Origin: Octopus sinensis
Taxonomy: Eukaryota
DNA: 64,000 nt
Assembly: GCF_006345805.1 (NCBI RefSeq)
Contig: NC_043000.1
Coordinates: forward strand, 129,580,001-129,644,000
Direction: 5' to 3'
Shown here: piece after piece, positions 1 to 12,171 of the stretch
Layout: the number at the start of each line of letters is the position of its first letter
Position numbering within the stretch: the first letter of the stretch is position 1
Translations under genes and position numbers: made by a program
The notes under the pieces: generated by a model
The model's input: only the letters and a program-made list of their open reading frames with translations
Told to the model about the DNA's origin: nothing
Databases searched by the model: none

Positions 1-169
1 TATCGCAGTACCGAGAAATTTAGTAATACCTACAATTATTGGTTGAGTACTTGCATTGAGTTATATTTCAAAGAAAAGTTGAGATGTACTCTATTAATAT
101 CATGTGAGTTTCCTTCCACACTCATCATTATTCAGAGTTCAGCTTCATTTATTGTATTATATGAGTACA

Positions 170-218
170 TACATACAAACAACCAAACATACATACATAC
201 ATTATATACATACATACA

Positions 219-249
<31 letters not shown>

Positions 250-370
250 CATAAATACATACATAAGCACACATATACTGGTAGGTACACGTGAAGATAT
301 ATTCACAAACACATACGAATATATATATATATATTATATATATATATTTATATATATATACATATATATA
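170..370. repeat. (TACA)n/(TA)n compound microsatellite
   Basis: Direct tandem TACA and TA runs; explains ORFs 43..294 and 104..436. Confidence 0.95.
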
Positions 371-875
371 TGTAAAGTGAAACGAAAGAAAATATACGAA
401 GGGTTTGAAGAGCAAGAAGAAATGAAAACAAAATGATACCTTAACACCAAGTAAACTGTCTTTTTTCCCACATATCGACTGAAAGTATATATGTATATAT
501 GTATACAAATAAAAAAAATTGACACGAATAAAAAAATCAGTCTGAGGAGGAGGAGAAAAAGAACCATAAGAGGAACGAGAATGAAAAAAAAATAACAAAC
601 ACAAACAAAAAAATGATAATAATCTATATAATATAAAAATTTGTACCGTAAAAGCTTTTACAGATTGCAAAACTACATCTCAACGTTAGTTTTTTTTTTC
701 TCTTCTCACCCTGCTGCCATATTTTCTACTCCCAATACCACCCCTACTTTCACTTTGCGTGTTTCCTTACTTAACTGATTATCTGACCAGAGCAGAGTGA
801 TTTTTTTTTCTCCATTGATTTATGATGTATTTTTTTCTTCTTATACTTATTATATGACGCCTAATGTTTGATGAC

Positions 876-877
876 AA

Positions 878-915
<38 letters not shown>
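876..915. repeat. (AAAT)n microsatellite
   Basis: About 10 tandem AAAT units. Confidence 0.95.
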
Positions 916-916
<1 letters not shown>

Positions 917-1063
917 AATAAAAAAAAACATAAAAAACGAAGGCCAACCAAACATCAGGCAGCTTTAAACACGTTGAGTAAAAGTTATTTTTTAATCACA
1001 AATACACACACAGACAGACACACACATATGCCAGTAACTACACACATATATCTACATTTACAT

Positions 1064-1118
<55 letters not shown>

Positions 1119-1720
1119 GTATGTATATGTATGTATGTATGTGTCTGTATATATGTATATATATTTGTGTGTGCGTGTGTGTCCAAGTGTATGGCTGTGT
1201 GCAGTCGCTTAAAAGTTTCCAAGTGCAATTTGGTTAGACAGGACCTAAAAATCAGGTTTCCATCTAACAAAAATACCTTCAAAACTCTGAAACCACAAAA
1301 GCACAACAAAACCAACACCGACAACGCCACCATTACGTCTACTATTATTATCATCATCATCATCATCATCATCATCACCAACCACCACCACCACCTTCAC
1401 CACTACCATTACCACCAAGAATAACAGAATAAGGATGGTAGCAACATAACAACACAACGGTAACTCTAACAACGAAAACAAAAACGAAACAAACTCTCAA
1501 AGCAAGAAAAAGTATTTAAGCGTGTATTTCAAAATGTCATACGAACACCTCCCCCACAACACACAAACACAGAGTCATAAACAAAATACTTAAAAGTGTC
1601 GCTAATGTATCTGGTTGCAGCTATAATTCCCTTTTAGACAAACTACACCGGCAAACCTCGTCGACGTCCGCCTTCTTTCACTGCACGCGCTCGCCCATGC
1701 ACACATACTTATCTGTGTGT

Positions 1721-1893
1721 TTGGGAGTGGATTTGATAGACGGAAACTGAAAGAAACCCGTTGTGTGTGTGTGTGTGTGTTTGTTCTCCCTCATCATCGC
1801 TTGACAACCGATGCTAGTGCGTTTATGTCCCCGTAACCGTAACTTAACGGTTCAGCAAAAATGACCGATAGAATTAGTACTAGGCTTACAAAG
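1721..1893 (+). mobile_element. SINE family A, partial internal copy
   Basis: GAGTGGATTTGATAGACGGAAACTGAAAGAA...CTTGACAACCGATGCT...GACCGATAGAA matches the full copies at 33786 and 34311. Confidence 0.8.
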
Positions 1894-1911
1894 CTATGTT
1901 AAGCTATGGTG

Positions 1912-2134
1912 GGGGAAAACACTGAGACACAAACACATACATACATACACACACACACATACATACATATACATATATATATGACGGACTTCTTTCAGTT
2001 TCCGTCCACTAAATCCACTCACAAGGCTTCGGTTGTCCCAAGGCTATAGCAGAAGACACTTGCCCTAGGTGCCACGTAGTGGGGTTGAGCCCAGAACCAT
2101 GTAGTTAGTAAGCAAGCTACTTACCACACAGCCA
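1912..2134 (-). mobile_element. SINE family A, 5' half (tRNA-like head plus microsatellite)
   Basis: Reverse complement gives TGGCTGTGTGGTAAGTAGCTTGC...GGTTCTGGGCTCAACCCCACTACGTGGCACCTAGGGCAAGTGTCTTCTGCTATAGCC. Confidence 0.85.
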
Positions 2135-2187
2135 GTATGTGTTTATGTGTGTGCCTTTGTGTCTGTGCTCGCCGCCTTCATGACGAG

Positions 2188-2764
2188 TAATATTCCTTTC
2201 TACTAAAGGCACAAATTTTGGAGTCGGGAACAAATCGAATACATCGACCCCAGTACGCAACAGGTACTTAATTTATCGACCCCGAAAGGATGAAAGCAAA
2301 GTTGACCTCGGTAGAACTTGAACTCAGAACGTAAAGACAGATGAAATACATATTTCTTTATTACACACAAGGGGCTAAACATAGAGGGGACAAAGGACAG
2401 ACAAAAGTATTAAGTCGATTACATCGACCCCAGTGCGTAACTGGTACTTAAACTATCGACCCCGAAAGGATGAAAGGAAAAGTCGACCTCGGCGGCATTT
2501 GAACTCAGAACGTAGCGGCAGACGAAATACCTATATCTTTACTGCCCACAATGGGCTAAACATAGAGGGGACAAACAAGGACAGACAAACGGATTAAGTC
2601 GATTATATCGACCCCACTGCGTCACTGGTACTTATTTAATCGACCCCGAAAGGATGAAAGGTAAAGTCGACCTCGGATGAATTTGAACTCAGAACGTAGC
2701 GGCAGACGAAATACCGCAAAGCATTTCGCCCGGCGTGCTAACGTTTTTGCCAGCTCGTCACCTT
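2188..2764 (-). mobile_element. SINE family B, head-to-tail trimer with one head
   Basis: GACCCCGAAAGGATGAAAG recurs at 2278, 2458 and 2642 (periods 180 and 184); the head (GGCAAAAACGTTAGCACGCCGGGCGAAATGC on minus) occurs only once, at the right end. Confidence 0.9.
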
Positions 2765-3611
2765 TATATTAGGAACGTTATACCTTCATCTTCCAGACGA
2801 AATTATAACAATATTTCTTGTCAATGAAATATAATTTCGGCAACGGAACAGTGTACTTCATCTGTCGCTCATTTTTTCTTTCTCATGTGTGTGTCTACAA
2901 ACGCATTTAAGCAGTTCTATCTACTCACTACTTATGTGCCTGCATAATATACATATTCCATACGTATTCCAAAGGACTATTTGTTATATTTTCGGTAAGA
3001 TGTTACATTTTCTATAGTAATTTCTTTGCGAAAAGTTTCTTCCCAATTACTATCTATTTATGATCTTTTTTTTTTTTTTTACTTATACACGGAATTACCA
3101 ATATATTATGCCAGGTTTATAAATTCAATCGTTAGTATCTAGAAGAATTCTATTGGGTTATAAACATTTTATAGATTTTGATATTGGTCAGTTTTCACTA
3201 GACTCTTTGAACTTTGGGAATGAGCAATGAATATCGTGTAATGGAAGCAGGGATTTTATTAGCAATATTTGACATCGTTAAGGACTTTGGTTTCTTGTCG
3301 GCTACTTAATATTGGTTTATAGAAGGTCTTTTATAAAAACATACATATCTACATAGACTCATCTCTATCTCTGTCTCTCTCTCTCTCCCACTTTCCCGTA
3401 TAGGTCAAATCCATATATTTATTCTAATATGTCGTGGTTGTTCATTTGCGAATATATCACGCTCTGCATAACGAACTTTATATGTTACGCTCCCTAACAC
3501 ACATGCAGCTATTTATATTTACATATAGTTGTGAATACTGTTTTCGGCAATGTAGACGGGATATGCTGGACTAAATGATGATGTATCATGTTATGTCCAC
3601 ACACACACACA

Positions 3612-3666
<55 letters not shown>

Positions 3667-3781
3667 ACTTTGTATTTGTAAATGTGTTTTATAGATATAT
3701 GTGCATATATTATATATATATGTATTGATATATATATATATAAATATTTTACTGCGATATATATCATACAAGAACACACGC

Positions 3782-3820
<39 letters not shown>

Positions 3821-4169
3821 TACAAGTGCATATGTGTGTGTGCGTGTATTCGTATATTTGTGTGTGTGTGTGTGTGTGCGCGCGCGCTTGTGTGTGCAAC
3901 CGTGTGGGTTTGTGTGAAACCATTCCATCGCAGTCCGTTCATACGCTTGAAACATATCCAGGGCCGTGGGTTAGTGGAATGTTAGAAGTTCAGGGAAGCT
4001 GCCTTGCTGTATCGATTCCGCCTGTTTGCATTCCAAAAAGGAACGCCTCTGACGACAGTTGTGCCAAGTTGGAGTCCCTTCCTTTGCATAAACATCGGTG
4101 ACATTGAGAGGGGCAAATGTCACTTTAATCGGAGTATATATGTTATTATTATGATATATTAGTATATCA

Positions 4170-4508
4170 TAGGCGCAGGAGTGGCTGTGTGGTAAGTAGC
4201 TTGCTAACCAACCACAGGGTTCCGGGTTCAGTCCCACTGCGTGGCATCTTGGGCAAGTGTCTTCTGCTATAGCCCCGGGCCGACCAATTTGGATTTGGTA
4301 GACGAAAACTGAAAGAAGCCTGTCGTATATATGTATATATATGCTGGTGTGTTTACGTCCCCGTCACTTAGCGGTTCGGCAAAACAGACCGATAGAATAA
4401 ATACAGGGCTTACAAAGAATAAGTCCCGGGGTCGATTTGCTCGACTAAAGGCGGTGCTCCAGTATGGCCGCAGTCAAATGACTGAAACAAGTAAAAGAGT
4501 AAAAGAGT
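4170..4508 (+). mobile_element. SINE family A, near full length
   Basis: TAGGCGCAGGAGTGGCTGTGTGGTAAG (A-box-like), GGTTCAGTCCC (B-box-like), ends CAAATGACTGAAACAAGTAAAAGAG. Confidence 0.9.
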
Positions 4509-4729
4509 CAGGAGCCATCGTAGCATTGATTTGTAGTACCGATTCTAGCTGGAAGTTAGCACATCATTTTTCAGTCAATTGTTTAGATAGATGTCGCTTT
4601 AATCGGAGTATATATGGTATTACTATGATATATTAGTATATAGTCATTATTGTATAAAAATGACTTTCGTAGTCGCTCTTCCTCCCGAACTTATGAAGCC
4701 TCCGATATTTGTTTACAATATATATATAA

Positions 4730-6346
4730 CTAGCAGTATCGCCCGGCGTTGCTCGGGTTTGTAAGGGAAATAACTATATAAGCATTTTTAGAGAGTTATA
4801 GCCAAAAAATAGCAAAAAAATGCATTAAAAATTGAAAAAAAATTAAGGTAAATTTTTCTTTAAATCGTTGACACATCGTAGATATTTTTAGAGAGTTACT
4901 TCCCTTATATAAAAGCGAAAAAAATGCATTAAAATGGAAAAATATGATCGTAATTTTTTTTAAATCGTAGACTCATCGTAGACGCGCGCTAATACCCTGA
5001 AGGGCTCGTTTGTTATTCTGGGTAACTTTCTGTAAAATTATTAAAATTTTGTTCAAACATCGCTATAGAAAATGGGTTATTAGCTAATATTCAATTGGGT
5101 ATACAACAAAATTTTACGATAGAATTGTTATTCTGGGTAACATTCTGTAAAATTATTAAAATTTTGTTCAAACATCGCTATAGAAAATGGGTTATTAGCT
5201 AATATTCAATTGGGTATACAACAAAATTTTACGATAGAATTTGTTATTCTGGGTAACATTCTGTAAAATTATTAAAATTTTGTTCAAACATCGCTATAGA
5301 AAATGGGTTATTAGCTAATATTCAATTGGGTATACAACAAAATTTTACGATAGAATTTGTTATTCTGGGTAACATTCTGTAAAATTATTAAAATTTTGTT
5401 CAAACATCGCTATAGAAAAGGGTTATTAGCTAATATTCAATTGGGTATACAACAAAATTTTACGATAGAATTTGTTATTCTGGGTAACATTCTGTAAAAT
5501 TATTAAAATTTTGTTCAAACATCGCTATAGAAAATGGGTTATTAGCTAATATTCAATTGGGTATACAACAAAATTTTACGATAGAATTTGTTATTCTGGG
5601 TAACATTCTGTAAAATTATTAAAATTTTGTTCAAACATCGCTATAGAAAATGGTTATTAGCTAATATTCAATTGGGTATACAACAAAATTTTACGATAGA
5701 ATTTGTTATTCTGGGTAACTTTCTGATACCCATAATATATTTATGGTAAAATAGGCCTTAATTTCATTTAAGGTTGTGGGAAATAACAAACTATCGTTTC
5801 TTTCGTTTGTTTACGTTTAGCGTAACAGTTCGTTTCTGCCGTAATGATTTCAAATGGGCTCATTCGAAAAAGTAAATAGAAATAGTGTAAGGCTTTACTC
5901 TTCTGGGAAAGTCTGTGGCTTGGTGCAGTTTCTTCAGAAAAATCACCGAAAGAAACAGTTTTTAAATTTTCACTCCATTCAGGTGCTAATTCGTGTTCTT
6001 AATCGCTGTCGGATTCACTGTTTTCACTTTAATAGCTGCCAACTTGCAAAGACAAAGGAGGAGAAAGGTGATAGCGTCAGTGAAACAATTCGCTCCCTTT
6101 GTGTGTGTGTGCGTTTGCGTGTGGTGTAAACCAGACTAAGAAAAGCGTTTGACACACACACCAGAATGTGAGTTTTCTGTAAATTTTGCTTAATTGGAGT
6201 TTAAATTTTAAAAACTGGACCTGGCATGACGCGATGCATTGTACTCTTAAAATTGCTAGGTAAATTGTAATTGAAGAAATCCTATATTGTAGATTTCTAT
6301 AACTCCCAAAGGGAGGCAGATAAAATCTGCCTTTTATAATAAGAGA
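4730..6346 (-). mobile_element. Non-autonomous Helitron, 1.6 kb
   Basis: On minus: 5' A|TCTCTTATTATAAAA (6346) and 3' CCCGAGCAACGCCGGG hairpin + CGATACTG + CTAG|T (4730); inserted between A and T with no TSD; 3' end matches 37720-37757. Confidence 0.88.
5009..5725. repeat. 116-bp tandem array (about 6.2 copies) inside the Helitron
   Basis: Unit start (T)TTGTTATTCTGGGTAAC at 5009, 5125, 5240, 5356, 5471, 5587 and 5702; copies nearly identical. Confidence 0.97.
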
Positions 6347-6838
6347 TTATTAAATACATATACTAATGTATAAGCTTTGTGTATTTTCCGGTGGCTGTAA
6401 TCGCGTGGCGGAGTATATAAATTCTTATGTCGCCGGTGTTAAAACACCTTAGATAACTCACCCTCAATCCCATTTGTGCTGTAGGAAGAGCGCAAATCTA
6501 TACACATACGCTGACTGGGGAAGAACCGCCCCATGACCGAATCGAAATCTCTCAAACTAGATGTTTACTTTCGCGTATTTCCGTACGCTTCGTCGGCTGG
6601 TGTTGGCTAATTTCGCCACTCATGTACCTTTAATCAGACAGAGCCCCCACTACATATATGATGAGCTTCCGTACAATTTCTTTTGTTTACAAGATTTCTT
6701 TTACAAGAGATTGGTCAATGTGAAACATGTATTCGGGTATCAAGCCAGGAACTTGGAATTACTGGAGCAAACTTCTTAACCACACGGCTACAATTTTACG
6801 TATGAAAAAAATTAATGTCTATAGTGTTTGATGTATGA

Positions 6839-6840
<2 letters not shown>

Positions 6841-6924
<84 letters not shown>
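6841..6924. repeat. (TCTG)n(TCTA)n microsatellite
   Basis: Direct tandem repeat. Confidence 0.95.
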
Positions 6925-7199
6925 AAATGCATACATACATATATAAATACACACATACACATGATTCCCTCTGTGCATTCATGTGTGATTATATGAGTTA
7001 GTGTGCCTATGTGTGCATGTGAACTTCAAGGCTGTATTCGAAACGAAGCAATACCACATGATACATTACGTCATGGTAAGAAGCATACATGAGTGCCTCA
7101 GTTATAAGAAGTACATATTTCAAAAAAGTTAAATGTTGGTCTAACTCTTATGCCAAAGAAGTAACTCCATTGCATCCAGAGAAAGGCTACTCGACTGAC

Positions 7200-7480
7200 T
7201 GGCATACAATGACTCACCGACTTTATGTCACTCAGTGGCTTACTGTCTTCTCTCCTTGTATCGTTTTACCACGACTATAATACCGATTCCTTATTGGATC
7301 TAGCTGGTCTTGTACCACCGCAACACATGCTCTCTGTCCTAATTGGACTCTCCTCCCACGACGCAGGACTTAGTGGTTTTGAACACCACCAAACCCTGCG
7401 CTTACCAACCTCTATACGAAGCTCTTACCGCTCAGAATACTACTTCTCTAGAAGCCCCTCTTTCTGCTTGTGTCTTTCTT
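7200..7480 (+). mobile_element. Decayed CR1/Jockey-group LINE 3' ORF2 fragment
   Basis: Translation SLLVSFYHDYN..DLAGLVPP...LSSH resembles the recalled post-RT motif SLFYRYYxGxCSxELAxLVPP...RLSS. Confidence 0.5.
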
Positions 7481-9173
7481 GTAATAGATAAAGTAAAACA
7501 TAAAGGGCGTCACTCTCATTGATCTCGAAAAGCCAGGCTTATTAAAGGCTATGAATTTCCCCGCTTCTTCCCAGACCAGCAGGAAAAGAGATACCCACGG
7601 TAACCTGCAGAATCTAAACGTAGTGCTCTGTACTAACCAGGTGTTGTAGCTATATTTGTCAGTAATGTACGAGTAATGGACGCTGTAATAATTAGGACTG
7701 ACATTGGGATTATTAAGGGCAAGTTGTGTGAATGTTAATCTGAGCTGCTTACTTACTGATCTTAATTATCCTAATCCTCCTTACCAGCAATGTGGCCGCA
7801 ATAATGGCAATCATCCTCTTCATTTGTTTATTGTAATCTTTCTTCTTCTTTATTCTACTAACTAGCATTAACACAATGATATCCGCTCTCCACGCCCTTG
7901 TACACTCTATACTACCCTCTCATCCAATTCCTCTTCCTCACATCATCATCATTATTAACTTTGCTCATTTCTTCTTTCCCATTCTTTTTTCTCCGTTGAT
8001 CATTGTTTACAAACTACCCTACACTCTCCCATTTCTACACCAGCCCGTCTACTCGCCTCCATTGCCATGCAATAGCCTTAAAAGAATCTTTGGAAGCAGC
8101 ACCGTTTCCTGTTAATCACTTCATGTACTGAGGCAATGTTTATGTGAATTTGTGTTCAGTATTTATGTTGTGTTGTTTATTCTGACTGTTATAGACTTTC
8201 TGTTGAAAGCTTAACACGGAACAGGCGTTTTGACACATGCAGGCGTTTACCTGAGTGTAATACAAGTGTATGTGTGTCTATGTGTTGTTGCAGGCTTTAT
8301 GTATGCGTGTGTGTATATTTGCATGTACGTATGTGCGTGCATACGCGTATGCCTGAGTCGGTATTAAATAAATATATGCGTATGAACTTGTATAAAGTTG
8401 CGTTCAAATAAGAAATGTGCAAATGTTTATATACATACATACATTTATACATACATACATACATGTATGTATGTATATATGTATATATGCGTGTGTGTCT
8501 GTGAGCGCGAGTGTGTAAGCATAAGCATATACGCTTGAGCTTATACATATGCATTTATCAATGTTTGTATATATTTTTTATCTGTATACACTTACTTCAG
8601 GAAGTCTATATATTTATGCATATACATACACAAATCGACACGTGTATCTATCCATCCACCCATCCATCCATCCATCCACATATATACATATACATATATA
8701 TAAAAGCACTTATGCACCCCGCGTAATTTCTCTCTCTCTCTCTCTCTCACACACACCCATGCATGCTCATTTACATCCTCTTTCCTCCAGCACCCTATCT
8801 ACCCCAATTCCCAGACAAACATAAACAAAACATTCACGTTCCGAACTCTGCCATGTGTACTATGTACTAATATAGTTGTCTGTCTTGCAAACTACACCGC
8901 GTATTTTCCAGACCTCACTCTATAATGTTACCAAACAACTGCCTATCCAATACCGTTGATGTTTTTGTAATTAATTCATTTATGTGTTTTTCCTCGCACA
9001 TTCAATAAACACGACAACACAGCAGTTGGTTTCGTCTGGAGGAACTGAGATGTAAAAACACAGACGCAAACAGCATGAACGAAAAATGGAAGCTTTATAA
9101 AGTAGAAAGAAATGACTTAGTCTCTAGCTGTGCCCGGTTGCTTATTTAGAGCTATTTTAAAAGCTGTATATGG

Positions 9174-9218
<45 letters not shown>

Positions 9219-9544
9219 CTCGCACACGCCAAAGAAGCTCCCAAGAAAGAAGACGAACAACCAACGAAGACGAACAACCAACGTTGTCTCAGCGTTTGAG
9301 TCATGCTCGGCTGCTCTTAGGACGTTAAAGTAAAAGTCATGATCGAAAGTTCAACAAAATTTTAAAACTGTTTCAAACTGTCTTGAGCCACTACATACTG
9401 ATGTGCAATCAGATCGAGATCATCTTAGTCTTTTATTTTAGCTGCTTCAGTAAAATCTATAGTACAAAACAGACATGTATTAAGGTTGATTCAAAATGAA
9501 CTTACAAACTGTTTTATTTACTTGTAGAACCTAAACGATGGAAT

Positions 9545-9850
9545 ATTGCCCATGTCCTTTGAAGACAACCCGAGACTCGTGAACTTTAAACTGTTGCAGG
9601 GGATTGCCTGCAGGGAAGGCATTAGCAGAGTGGAGATTCCAAAGGGCCAATGTTCATGGAAGGAAAGACAGCATAATACTTATTGCGTTGCCGAAGGATG
9701 TAAAAAGACAAAGAGTGGCAACAACTGGCCTTATGAATGGGTTAGGCGTGCCCGAATGGTAGAGGTATGAGACCTACCAGATATAAGGAATCGAGGCCAA
9801 CAAAACAGAGAGAGGAAACGGCACAGCTGTAAACCCGGAGCTGTTAGTAT
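9545..9850 (-). mobile_element. Decayed CR1/Jockey-group LINE 3' end
   Basis: Minus frame reads SFLP*TLALWNLHSANAFPAGNPLQQFKVHESR, matching the ORF2 terminal motif SFxPRTxxLWNxLPxxxFPxxxxLQxFK. Confidence 0.65.
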
Positions 9851-11307
9851 TTGAAGATATCAATTCAGTGTTCCTCAGCGAGAGATGTCGCACTTTTCAG
9901 AAATACAGATGGTGAATTATCCCCTCAAATGTGACATCCCTGGCGTTGATACTGCTGCCCCGAAGGGGATCGCAATATGTCATACCGGTTATGTGAGTGA
10001 ATCTGAGTTCTCTATTCCCGCTCATTTTTGGTGTGCTTTCAACTACGATGTGATATTTTGCGTTCAACGTAAATTGAACGATTACTGAAATAGATCATAT
10101 ACTGGTATGGTCGGCTCTTAAATGACTTTTCTGTTAAGCTGATGTAAAGACAACCGTACTATGTCATACACTAACATAACAACAAAGCATCAGAAACGTT
10201 ACGATACGCCGACATCCTAGTTGCCTGTTTAACATTTACGACAGTATACGCTGAAGATTTTCAGGTCCAAATTCCTGTATACCATGGCACGTAAAAACCA
10301 CAAGCAATATCCATCCATCCATCTATCTATCTATCTTTTCTTTTTTTTCCTCTTCCCCTCTTTTTCCCCGTTTTCTCTTCTTTTTTCATTTCTCTTTTCT
10401 TTTGTTCCTTTTCCTTTTCTTCTTTTTTTATTTTTATTTTTTTATTATTTTTTTGTTCTTTTCTTCCCTTTTACGATCCCTCTTGATCGAAAACCTACGC
10501 CACCCCTTTTTTTGTTTCTTTTGTTTTTTGTTTTTTTCATCCCCCAAAAGAAAAGCTCTACCTTGTAACTTGTCCCATCTGTGTGCAGCCCTGTGTGGCC
10601 AATAAAGAAACTTATCCATCCATCCATCCATCCATCCATCTATCTATCTATCTATCTATCCACACACACACACACATATTGTATTTATAAACAAACTATT
10701 CCAAATCTTAGAGTATCTTCGTAAATGTAGTCAATACAGGCTGGTTGATATTGGCATCAAATCGTATAAGTTATAATAATGAAATCAAACCAAACAATAT
10801 TTTGAAAGCATTTACTTTGTATATTTCAGATCATTGCATAATATATAATAGGATGTATACATACACACATACACACACACATATGCAGACATACACACAC
10901 AAACACACATAATCATATGGCGTTTATAGAACAAGTAAATCACGTGGTTATTAAGACATACGTTTGTTTGTGCAATAACAAACAATTTATACTGCTAAAC
11001 ATAGAAATTGTTCGTGCATGTGGGAGATAGGGAAATAAATATATTGCGAATGTGTGTGTGTGTGTGTTTGCGAAAGTGTGTGCACATGTCGAAACAGCAC
11101 ATCAAGACAGCACGTGACCAAGTACCTGATTATCAAAATATAAGAAAATACCACGGATTCGTGATCATCACAGAAAATTAACAAAGAAAAACATTATTTA
11201 TAACTTTGCTCTTCACTAATTACTCATATTCATCATGTATAACAAATTTAATTTAATTTTTGTTCACAGTCTGTTTTTGCTTTTCCTGCACGGAAACTAG
11301 CATTTGC

Positions 11308-11757
11308 TATACATACATACATACATGCATACATACATACATACGTACGTACATACATACGTACGTACGTACATACATACGTACGTACGTACATACATAC
11401 ATACGTACGTACGTACATATGTACGTATGTATGTACGTACGTACGTACATACATACGTACGTACGTACATACATACATACGTACGTACGTACATATGTAC
11501 GTATGTATGTACGTACGTACGTACATACATACGTACGTACGTACATACATACGTACGTACGTACATTCATACGTACGTACGTACATACGTACGTACGTAC
11601 ATACATACGTACGTACGTACGTACATACATACGTACGTACGTACGTACATACATACGTACGTACGTACGTACATACGCACGTACGTACGTACATACATAC
11701 GTACGTACGTACATACATACGTACGTACGTACGTACATACGTACGTACATACATACA

Positions 11758-11790
<33 letters not shown>
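11308..11790. repeat. Mosaic (TACG)n/(TACA)n tetranucleotide array, about 480 bp
   Basis: Interspersed TACG and TACA units; source of the YVRT/YVCM ORFs. Confidence 0.97.
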
Positions 11791-11889
11791 GTGTGTGTGT
11801 GAGTGTGTGTGCATTTGTTTGTGAGTGCGAAGGCGCATGTGTCTATAAATAAGTGTATCATATATATATATATATATATATATATGATT

Positions 11890-12171
11890 CTGGATTCAGT
11901 CCTACTGCGTGGCACCTTGGGCAAGTGTCTTCTACTATAGCCTCGGGCCGACCAAAGCCTTGTGAGTGGATTTAGTGAACGGAAACTGAAAGAAGCCCGT
12001 CGTATATATGCTGGTGTTTTTACGTCCCTGTAACTTAGCGGTTAGGCAAAAAGAGACCGATAGAATAAGTACTAGGCTTACAAAGAATAAGTCCTGGGGT
12101 CGATTTGCTCGATCGACTAAAGGTGGTGCTCCAGCATGGCCACAGTCAAATGACTGAAACAAGTAAAAGAG
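11890..12171 (+). mobile_element. SINE family A, 5'-truncated
   Basis: Starts at GGATTCAGTCCTACTGCGTGGCACC, ends TGACTGAAACAAGTAAAAGAG. Confidence 0.85.

Noticed and set aside
5009-5725. Regular array resembling CRISPR
   Set aside because: Units are fully repeated with no unique spacers, there are no cas genes, and the context is eukaryotic and inside a Helitron
9528-9764. Apparent 237-nt phase-0 exon (TTGTAG acceptor, GAG|GTATGA donor, open frame)
   Set aside because: The opposite strand carries the LINE terminal motif SFLP*TLALWN..FP...LQQFK, and the plus-strand peptide resembles nothing I know; an antisense LINE relic is the simpler explanation, although exonisation cannot be excluded without RNA data
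11248-11924. Long overlapping ORFs of 180-205 aa
   Set aside because: Translations of the TACG/TACA microsatellite in several frames
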